Shown piece by piece: positions 7,316-14,342 of a stretch of DNA of 14,342 nt (position 1 is its first letter; each line of letters opens with the position of its first letter). Source of the DNA: Coleofasciculus sp. B1-GNL1-01. Its GTDB lineage: Bacteria; Cyanobacteriota; Cyanobacteriia; Cyanobacteriales; Coleofasciculaceae. The stretch is taken from NCBI GenBank assembly GCA_040220235.1, contig JAVJTO010000037.1. One strand, given 5' to 3'. The translations under genes and the position numbers were made by a program. The notes under the pieces are model-generated. The model did no database searches and was not told the origin of the DNA. It saw only the letters and a program-made list of their open reading frames with translations.

Positions 7316-10300
7316 TCATTGAGGCTCAACGCGCAGTTTTCCGGCTGTCAACGCATCTAAGGGCGCTTGAAATAAATACCCTTGAGCATAATCACAATCC
7401 AGCAGCCGCAGTTGGGTTAATTGCTCTTTTGTTTCTACGCCTTCAGCAATGACTTTCATTCCCAGGCTATCTGCCAACATGATAATCGTGCGGACAATTT
7501 GCAGGGGTAATCCTTTGGTGCGATTGATCATGCCTGCTTCACAATGCCCTTGAACATCGATGCTAATATTACTAATCAAAGACTGATCAATCTTAATCGT
7601 ATCAATCGGAAATCGATGCAAATAACTTAACGACGAATAACCTGTACCAAAATCATCAATACATAACCCAATTTGGCGATCGCGTAAGTCTTTGAGCCGT
7701 TCTTCGGCGGTCTCTGGGTCTGCCAGTAAGCAGCTTTCGGTAATTTCCAACTTTAAATGACTCGGATGCAGATGGGTCTCGTGCAGAATTTTGTCTAGGT
7801 GTTCTAGGAGTTCCGGTTGTAAAAACTGTTTGCTGGAAAGATTGACATAAATCGTCAACTGATGAGCCAATTCTTCACTAAGTTCACTGTCCTGAACCGT
7901 ATCATGCCAAAGTTCTAACTGACGACAGGCTTGGCGCAACATCCACCAGCCCATGGGAATAATTAATCCCGTTTCCTCTGCCATGGGGATAAACTCACTC
8001 GGATACACTAATCCTCGGCTGGGATGATGCCAACGTAATAGTGCTTCAAACCCAGCAATCTGATGCGTCGAGAGGGAGACTATCGGCTGATAGTAAATCT
8101 CAAATTCCTGGTTTTCCACCGCCCGCCGCAATTCGGTTTCCAACTGCAAGACGCTGAGGGCATTTTGGTGCATCGTCAGGTCAAATATCTCATAGCGCGA
8201 TCGCCCTAATGCTTTTGCCCGATAGAGGGCGGTATCAGCATCCCGTAACAAGTCTTCAGGACAATCATAGTTGGTGATATCGTCTTCCTGTTGGATCTCC
8301 CGACTTAAAACGATCCCGACACTTGCCCCGGTAAAGACTTCATGTCCATCTAAATTAAATGGGGCGGCTAATTCTTGCTGAATTCGTTCCGCCACGCGGG
8401 TTGCATGGTGAATATCTTCAATATCCTCCAGCAGAATGGTAAACTCATCTCCACCCAATCGAGCCACTGTATCCTCTGTCCGCAAACAGGATTCTAAGCG
8501 ACGGGCAATGCCAATCAGCAGTTGATCCCCAACTAAATGCCCTAAACTATCATTGACCACTTTAAACCGATCTAAATCCAAAAAGAGTAGGGCAAAGCGA
8601 TAGGTGTGATGACGTTTGGCTCGCTCTACGGTATGACTTAAGCGATCCATAAATAACGCCCGATTGGGCAATCCGGTCAATGTATCGTAAAACGCCCGGG
8701 TTTGCAGTTGGTCTTTTGCCAATTTGTGTTCGGTGATATCTTCGACTGTGCCTTCGTAATACAGCAATTCCCCGGTGGTCATATCCCGAACCGCACGGGC
8801 ATTTTCGGCAATCCAAATTACGCTGCCATCTTTGCGATAGACTTGGGACTCAAAATCAGCTACCGCATCATTTTCTTGCAATAGCCGACTAAACTCCGCC
8901 CGTCGCTGGGGATCAACATAAAGCTGATGTTCGATATCGGTTAGTCGCACCATCAATTCCTGGGGCGAGGAGTAGCCGTATAAACGAGCCAGGGCAGGAT
9001 TGGCGCTGATATAATGCCCATCAGCCGTGGATTGGAAAATCCCTTCCAAGGCATTCTCAAAAATACTGCGATATTTGGCTTCTGCCTGTTGCAACGCCTG
9101 TTCTGCCTGTTTTCGTTCGGTAATATCCCGTGCCACCCAAACCACCGAGTTTTCCGAGGTGGGGGAAATCGTCGCCGCAAACCAAACCTCGCGATCGCCT
9201 ACGGGTAAGCTATACTCAATATTCAAACGCGAAGATGTGGCGATCGCTTCCTGGATATACCTCAAGAACTGATCGGCTTGAGTTGTGCCAAAAACCTGAT
9301 CCAGGGTTTTGCCCACAAATTCTTTGGCGTTTTTCGGCAATAACACGGGGTCAGGATTCGTCGGGGCAATTTTCAGGAAACATCCCTGACTATCCAAGAC
9401 AAAGATAGAATCCGTCATCGCTGCAAATAATGCCCGCAACTCCGCCTCAGAGGAACGCAACGCCACTTCCGCCTGTTTGCGCTCAATCGCTACCCCTAAT
9501 TGGGCGGCTACGGTAGACATCAAGTTGACCAAACGCCAATCCGTTTGCTGCGATTCAAACCGGAAAAACGTTAATACTGCCAGAACCTGGTTATGAGCCA
9601 TAATTGGCACGGCAAAACCTGCTTTAAGACCACAAGCTTTTGCCATAGAGGAGCGCACGAAGGAGGAATGAGGCGCACGGGACACATCGGGAATCCATTC
9701 GGGACGACGGGATGCCCACACTCGTCCGGGTAGTCCACAGCCTAAAGCAAAGGTAAAGGCGGGACTGTAATGGCAAAAGTCTTGCCGGGTGGACACCTCA
9801 GACGCTAAGACAGGGGGATAGGGAGAGGCTGCGCCTTTATTGGTGTGACCTAAACTGTTATCATTTCCGTTTACCGTTCCACCTTGCTGCTTACCGTCTG
9901 CTTTCCAAGGCTGTTCCTCTCCTCTGCGCCAAATTGTGGAACATTCTAAAACCTTCCCGTCAGCACGTTTGACCCAAGCTTCGCCCAAATCCCAATGGGT
10001 GGCTTGTCCCACTTTGCTCAAGGTGACATGCAAGGCTGACTGAAAATCTGGGGCTTCACCAATCGCCTGGGTCATGGTTTGCAAGAGTTCTAGGGCGTCT
10101 GTTGCCCATTTCCGTTCGGTGATCTCGGTAATAAAGCCCTCTAACGCCTGTAATTCTCCGTGGCGAGAAAAAATGCCGCATCCTTGTTCCCACACCCATT
10201 TCTGAATCCCTGTGGCTGTAGTAATCCGATATTCGAGTTGATAGGGTCGTTTTTCGGTAACGGCGGCTTGCACATCCTGCTTTACCCGTTCTCGGTCTTC

Positions 10301-11521
10301 TGGATGAATCACGTCACTGAACACTAATGCCCGATTTTCTACCAAATCACAGGGATTGTAGTGCAGCAGATTAAAACAGCCCTCACTGACAAACTCCATC
10401 GTCCATTGACTATCCGCCCGACACCGATATGCCATTCCGGGCAGATTGCCCATCAGTGTGGCTAGGGTGCGCTGACTTTCTTGCCAAGCCCCTTCAGCTT
10501 GCTTGTAGTTGCTGATATCAAAGGCACTTAACAGGATGGCTGGGTTTCCTTGAAACTCAATGATCCGGGTACTCATATCCAGCCAGCGCCTATCACCGGT
10601 TTTGGTCAGGATTTGCACCTCATAGCGGCGTTTTGCTCCCCTCTGCGCCGTTTCACTTAGGGATGGTTTAGGCATGAAGGCGTGGCTACTCGGATGCAGT
10701 AAGTCCCATAAATCCATGGTTAATAATTCCGATTGGCTGTATCCTGTAATCTCACAGACTATGGAATTAACATAGACTAACTGATTGCCTGTGTAGATTA
10801 AGACAGCGGCAGGAATGGTTTCGGCTAGGGTACAAAATTTGACCTCCTGTTCACACACGGCATTAGTAATTAACGGGCGGCGTGTTGATTGGGGTGATGG
10901 GGGTAAGGATTGGAGGGGTTCGTGGTGATGCGAGTCGTCCGTAATTGGCTGGAAAATGGCAAGAAAGGCTGATTCCCGCTTAACGGTTAACCGTTGCAGA
11001 GAAACTAGGCTCCAAATCGGCTTGCCATAGTGACTCGGCATTTTGACCGCGTAATCCCGCAAATAGCCTTGGCTAAGTAAAACCTCTAATATTCTTTGTC
11101 GTTGGGCGGGATCGTGATAGAAGGATAGAGTTTGGCGATCGCAAACGGGTTGATTGACTCTGGAACTCTTCTGTTGGCTGGGATCAAAGGTCGAGCCGTA
11201 ATGATCGTTAGCATACAGAATAACACCATCGCTTAAGCGGGCAATAACCAAGGGTAGGGGAATGGATTGCACTAGCGTTTGCCACAATAGGGTGTCACTG
11301 TCTCCTTTCCGGCTCGATTGTGGATGTGTCGGGATACTAAGAAGTTCGAGTACGGTTGTCTTTCGTTCGGGTTGTGTATCTTTTTCCAATAAATGGCTGT
11401 AGCTTACTTCTAAATGTTTCACGGCTGCATAACACTCCAATGTATTGTGTGGGGAAATTCCCTCATCCTCAATCCGGGTTAACTCCCCCCGTTCGGGTTG
11501 GGATAAGACAGATGGCGTCAA
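7316..11521 (-). CDS. Multi-sensor diguanylate cyclase/phosphodiesterase (about 5 PAS, GAF, GGDEF, EAL)
   Basis: PAS/PAC ends (DISNYK, EITERK, DITERK, DITEHK), GAF (GLPGRVW, GFAVPI), YDTLTGLPNR, LDLDRFKVVND, RLGGDEF, GFEALLRW, LEITES, IDDFGTGYSSLSYL, AEGVET, QGYLF. The TTG start is uncertain. Confidence 0.96.
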   Translation of the reverse strand: MTPSVLSQPERGELTRIEDEGISPHNTLECYAAVKHLEVSYSHLLEKDTQPERKTTVLELLSIPTHPQSSRKGDSDTLLWQTLVQSIPLPLVIARLSDGVILYANDHYGSTFDPSQQKSSRVNQPVCDRQTLSFYHDPAQRQRILEVLLSQGYLRDYAVKMPSHYGKPIWSLVSLQRLTVKRESAFLAIFQPITDDSHHHEPLQSLPPSPQSTRRPLITNAVCEQEVKFCTLAETIPAAVLIYTGNQLVYVNSIVCEITGYSQSELLTMDLWDLLHPSSHAFMPKPSLSETAQRGAKRRYEVQILTKTGDRRWLDMSTRIIEFQGNPAILLSAFDISNYKQAEGAWQESQRTLATLMGNLPGMAYRCRADSQWTMEFVSEGCFNLLHYNPCDLVENRALVFSDVIHPEDRERVKQDVQAAVTEKRPYQLEYRITTATGIQKWVWEQGCGIFSRHGELQALEGFITEITERKWATDALELLQTMTQAIGEAPDFQSALHVTLSKVGQATHWDLGEAWVKRADGKVLECSTIWRRGEEQPWKADGKQQGGTVNGNDNSLGHTNKGAASPYPPVLASEVSTRQDFCHYSPAFTFALGCGLPGRVWASRRPEWIPDVSRAPHSSFVRSSMAKACGLKAGFAVPIMAHNQVLAVLTFFRFESQQTDWRLVNLMSTVAAQLGVAIERKQAEVALRSSEAELRALFAAMTDSIFVLDSQGCFLKIAPTNPDPVLLPKNAKEFVGKTLDQVFGTTQADQFLRYIQEAIATSSRLNIEYSLPVGDREVWFAATISPTSENSVVWVARDITERKQAEQALQQAEAKYRSIFENALEGIFQSTADGHYISANPALARLYGYSSPQELMVRLTDIEHQLYVDPQRRAEFSRLLQENDAVADFESQVYRKDGSVIWIAENARAVRDMTTGELLYYEGTVEDITEHKLAKDQLQTRAFYDTLTGLPNRALFMDRLSHTVERAKRHHTYRFALLFLDLDRFKVVNDSLGHLVGDQLLIGIARRLESCLRTEDTVARLGGDEFTILLEDIEDIHHATRVAERIQQELAAPFNLDGHEVFTGASVGIVLSREIQQEDDITNYDCPEDLLRDADTALYRAKALGRSRYEIFDLTMHQNALSVLQLETELRRAVENQEFEIYYQPIVSLSTHQIAGFEALLRWHHPSRGLVYPSEFIPMAEETGLIIPMGWWMLRQACRQLELWHDTVQDSELSEELAHQLTIYVNLSSKQFLQPELLEHLDKILHETHLHPSHLKLEITESCLLADPETAEERLKDLRDRQIGLCIDDFGTGYSSLSYLHRFPIDTIKIDQSLISNISIDVQGHCEAGMINRTKGLPLQIVRTIIMLADSLGMKVIAEGVETKEQLTQLRLLDCDYAQGYLFQAPLDALTAGKLRVEPQ

Positions 11522-11882
11522 GGGGTAGAAGCTTTAAACGCAACTCCTGTTCAGGCATCGCCTAACGTTATTTACCTCGCCCAAGACAATAATCGGGTTG
11601 ATGATAGATAGCACCGTGAAAAATAGATCGAATCAACTTAAGCCTGTAGTATGCGATCGCATCGCTTACTGCATCAGCTTATGTCAGTAACCTCCCATCT
11701 AGCACTACTGGCACAGATATCCAGGATTGAGACAGAGGTTTACATTTAGACTTGCCTAGATGAGAACGCCAATACCTCACCACCCACATCGCCAGCTTAG
11801 ATAAGGGCGTATTGGGTTATGGTGAGGTAACTAATAAGATTACACTAAGGTTAAGAAGAGGAAACTGTTAGCTAGGCTACAC

Positions 11883-11888
11883 TATAAT
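11883..11888 (+). promoter_or_regulatory. Candidate -10 element for the ABC permease gene
   Basis: Perfect TATAAT 38 nt before the ATG at 11927. No clear -35. Confidence 0.3.
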
Positions 11889-11926
11889 CCCTAATTTCTC
11901 GTTTTCCCTAATAATTTTTATGTCAG

Positions 11927-12817
11927 ATGTCAAAGGATTCAATTGTCATCCCGCCCAAGTTTACGCCGTACCTGTTTTTGCTCCCTGCCCTAGTTATCTT
12001 GGGGTTGACCGTATTTTTGCCCGCTTGTCAAGCCTTTTACCTAAGTTTTACGCAATACGACTATGATTTGACCCAAACGCCTGAATGGGTGGGCTTGACG
12101 AATCTGCAACGTTTGGGGAAAGACCGAGTATTTTGGCAAACGGTGGGGAACACGGTGTTATACCTGATTGGCGTTGTGCCAATTTTAGTCGCACTCCCCT
12201 TAGGATTAGCGATTTTGGTCAATCAGAAACTGCGCGGGATAAGCTGGTTTCGAGCGGCGTATTACACTCCCGTGGTGGTTTCGATGGTGGTGGCGGGAAT
12301 TGCGTGGCGGTGGCTTTATGCGGAAAATGGTTTATTTAATCAGATACTCAGTTGGATTGGGTTTAAAGAGGGGATTCCCTGGTTGACGAGTCCAGATTGG
12401 GCGATTTTTAGTGTTATGGCTGTTACCGTGTGGAAGGGGTTAGGCTACTACATGGTGATTTATCTGGCAGGTTTGCAATCGATTCCTGACCAACTTTATG
12501 AAGCGGCGGCGTTGGATGGTGCGGATGGGTATGGGAAACATTGGGATATTACGGTTCCCTTAATGGGTCCCTATTTGGCATTAGTTGCGGTCATTTCGGC
12601 GATTTCGGCGACGAAGGTCTTTGAAGAAGTTTATATTATGACCCAAGGGGGACCCCGCAATAGTTCTAAAACGGTGGTCTATTATTTGTATGAGCAAGCG
12701 TTTGCGGATTTGGAAATCGGTTATGCTTGCGCGATTGGATTAGTGCTGTTCCTGGTTATTCTGGGTTTGTCCCTCCTTAATCTGAAGTTATCGCAAGGGC
12801 GCGAAGGTATCAGTTAA
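11927..12817 (+). CDS. Carbohydrate ABC transporter permease (MalF/UgpA/LacF-like)
   Basis: Multiple hydrophobic segments, EAA loop LAGLQSIPDQLYEAAALDGA, ITVPL, and FEEVYIMTQGGP. Confidence 0.93.
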   Translation: MSKDSIVIPPKFTPYLFLLPALVILGLTVFLPACQAFYLSFTQYDYDLTQTPEWVGLTNLQRLGKDRVFWQTVGNTVLYLIGVVPILVALPLGLAILVNQKLRGISWFRAAYYTPVVVSMVVAGIAWRWLYAENGLFNQILSWIGFKEGIPWLTSPDWAIFSVMAVTVWKGLGYYMVIYLAGLQSIPDQLYEAAALDGADGYGKHWDITVPLMGPYLALVAVISAISATKVFEEVYIMTQGGPRNSSKTVVYYLYEQAFADLEIGYACAIGLVLFLVILGLSLLNLKLSQGREGIS

Positions 12818-12825
12818 GCTCCTTA

Positions 12826-12903
12826 AGCCTAGAACTAAAGTTCTGGCTAAAAGCTAAAACCCGTTCAAACGGGTTCGGAGATTTACCCCGTAAGCTTTAG
12901 CTT
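12826..12903. repeat. Nested palindromic extragenic element right after the permease stop; possible terminator or RNA stabiliser
   Basis: AGCCTAGAACT-A-AAGTTCTGGCT hairpin, AACCCGTT-CA-AACGGGTT hairpin, and AAGCTAAA...TTTAGCTT enclosing the second hairpin. Confidence 0.6.
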
Positions 12904-13067
12904 ATAAGTACCTAGACATAAATTCTGTCCGCTCTACTAAGAAATGTTAACAAGTGTTAAATCCTTACTGTTCCCCGTTCCCTGTTCCTTTGTCCTCATG
13001 TTTAAGTTTAATTGAATTAAAGTTTTAGTATAATCTGGGATTTCTATAATTACTTGTTCCTCATTGG

Positions 13068-13100
13068 GATATTCCGATAACCTTTCAACAAAACCCGCCC
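13068..13100 (-). repeat. Third, inverted partial copy of the GGGCGGGTTT repeat family
   Basis: TTTCAACAAAACCCGCCC (13083-13100) is the exact reverse complement of 546-563. Similarity extends to GATATT at 13068 versus copy 1. Confidence 0.8.
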
Positions 13101-13106
13101 TCACCC

Positions 13107-13484
13107 TTACTCTGAACCGAGTATATAGGTATAGGGCAAGTGAACAATTTGATCTTGATAGTCATTTTCAAAGGCGGCTTCAGCAATGAAACTTAATTCA
13201 TCCAGATTTTGTCCCATACTCAAGTTTGGATTGAGAATGAAAATACCAGGAATGTGATGGTTTCGGGAAATATGATCGTTGATATGAACTGGCATAGATG
13301 TCCGGTTATTTGTAACTAGAATGAAATTGTACTCTTCACACCAAAGCAATATTTCTGGATCTAATGTTCCTCTTGGGGGAGTATTCGGTTCCCCAACTGC
13401 CCACACAATTAAATTGGGGTTTAGCCCTAGTAGTTGAATTTTATAGTTAGGGTCTACATTTTCATCTAGGAGATACTTGAGCAT
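13107..13484 (-). CDS. DUF5615-family PIN-like protein (putative toxin)
   Basis: KYLLDENV, GTLDPEILLWC, ILVTNNRTSM and HIPGIFIL motifs. Start overlaps the upstream DUF433 gene by 19 nt. Confidence 0.85.
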   Translation of the reverse strand: MLKYLLDENVDPNYKIQLLGLNPNLIVWAVGEPNTPPRGTLDPEILLWCEEYNFILVTNNRTSMPVHINDHISRNHHIPGIFILNPNLSMGQNLDELSFIAEAAFENDYQDQIVHLPYTYILGSE

Positions 13485-13813
13485 TCTTCTTTTTCTTTCT
13501 TTCTTTGTTCTGCTCTAAGTTTCCGCATCCGAATAGCCGTAGGCGATGGGTTAAGGTGTTGTGCTTTAACTTGCTGGTGATTCCACTCTAACCAGTCGGC
13601 TAAATATTTACTGACAGCTTCTTTATTATGGAGGTAATAGAGAATTGTCGCATAGACTTGCTCTACGGTGAGGGATGGATAAGTTTGGGCAATTTCTTCT
13701 GGAGTACGGGCGCGATGAATGAACTCATAAAGAATGGTTTCTATGCCTACTCTAGTTCCTTTGAGACGAATGTCGTTAGGGGCGAGGAAATTAAAATAAT
13801 CTTCGAGTTGCAT
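13466..13813 (-). CDS. DUF433-domain protein (putative antitoxin)
   Basis: IRLKGTRVGIETIL...TPEEIAQTYPSLTVEQVYATILYY is the DUF433 signature. Confidence 0.9.
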   Translation of the reverse strand: MQLEDYFNFLAPNDIRLKGTRVGIETILYEFIHRARTPEEIAQTYPSLTVEQVYATILYYLHNKEAVSKYLADWLEWNHQQVKAQHLNPSPTAIRMRKLRAEQRKKEKEECSSIS

Positions 13814-13885
13814 AAGTAGTTGGATGACGATACAGAAGAAGCAATTTTAGCCGAGTTCATCCTAGCAGATAATCGCCCGTCAAGC

Positions 13886-13907
13886 GGGTGGGCATTGCCC
13901 ACCCTAC
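13886..13907 (-). repeat. GTAG-type REP-like palindrome
   Basis: GGGTGGGCA-T-TGCCCACCC followed by TAC. Matches 7174-7194. Confidence 0.85.
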
Positions 13908-13994
13908 TATATCCCTGTTCCCTCGGTTTAAATGATCTAGACTTGAGTTGAGGTATAATAGACCCTTCTTCAAGATCATCTACCATCTACGGAT

Positions 13995-14342
13995 ATGGCA
14001 AGCCAGGGGTTAGGGCATAGACCATGGGGGTTCAGCCTGATTTTAGCAGGATGGGGCGCGATCGCTCTTGTCGCTGCACCTGCAATAGCGCAGATTCAAC
14101 CGGATACCACTCTAGGGGCTGAACAGTCTATCGTTACACCGAATGTGGATATCAAAGGTTTGCCAGCCGATTTGATTGAAGGAGGGGCAATTCGCGATAC
14201 GAATTTGTTCCACAGTTTCTTAGAATTTAATGTGGGCGAGGGGGGGCGCGTCTATTTTGCGAATCCAACCGGGATTGAAACGATTTTCAGTCGGGTTACC
14301 GGGAATGATGTATCGAACATCTTAGGAACCTTGGGCGTAAAT
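13995..14342 (+). CDS. Filamentous haemagglutinin N-terminal (two-partner secretion) domain exoprotein, 3' truncated by the window
   Basis: Manual translation: MASQGLGHRPWGFSLILAGWGAIALVAAPAIA-QIQPDTTLGAEQSIVTPNVDIKGLPADLIEGGAIRDTNLFHSFLEFNVGEGGRVYFANPTGIETIFSRVTGNDVSNILGTLGVN. Shows a signal peptide plus NLFHSF..FNV and SRVTG motifs. TATAAT at 13954-13959. Confidence 0.92.
   Translation, partial: MASQGLGHRPWGFSLILAGWGAIALVAAPAIAQIQPDTTLGAEQSIVTPNVDIKGLPADLIEGGAIRDTNLFHSFLEFNVGEGGRVYFANPTGIETIFSRVTGNDVSNILGTLGVN

Noticed and set aside
6990..7322. 110-aa and 60-aa plus-strand ORFs
   Set aside because: They run through HIP1, REP and direct repeats and have no recognisable domain.
11522..11926. 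NtcA site or c-di-GMP riboswitch in the divergent intergenic region
   Set aside because: Only near-misses were seen (GTA-N11-TAC, GTT-N8-TAC), and no riboswitch motif is recognisable by eye. An Rfam scan would settle it.
8562..13986. Small ORFs overlapping the GGDEF/EAL, permease and DUF433 genes
   Set aside because: Shadow ORFs. 13747-13986 also crosses a REP palindrome.

Overview
Cyanobacterial chromosomal window: about 19 perfect HIP1 octamers (GCGATCGC) by manual count, an STRR heptamer tract and GTAG-type REP-like palindromes. A filamentous cyanobacterium is likely, but that is inference. In order it holds: a HIP1-dense repeat patchwork with a truncated XisI-like fragment (1-800); tRNA-Val(GAC); a short DprA/SLOG-type protein; plsC; an orphan TAXI-family solute-binding protein with a C-terminal membrane helix; fabD; an AT-rich coupled pair (ABC/AAA_21-type ATPase plus DUF3226/TOPRIM-like protein) that is a candidate anti-phage system; a 1401-aa PAS/GAF/GGDEF/EAL protein; a sugar ABC permease; a DUF433/DUF5615 toxin-antitoxin pair; and the 5' end of a filamentous-haemagglutinin-family exoprotein absent from the ORF track. 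The best leads are the ATPase-TOPRIM cassette and the HIP1-delimited mosaic downstream of the tRNA. Family assignments come from motif recognition, not database searches.
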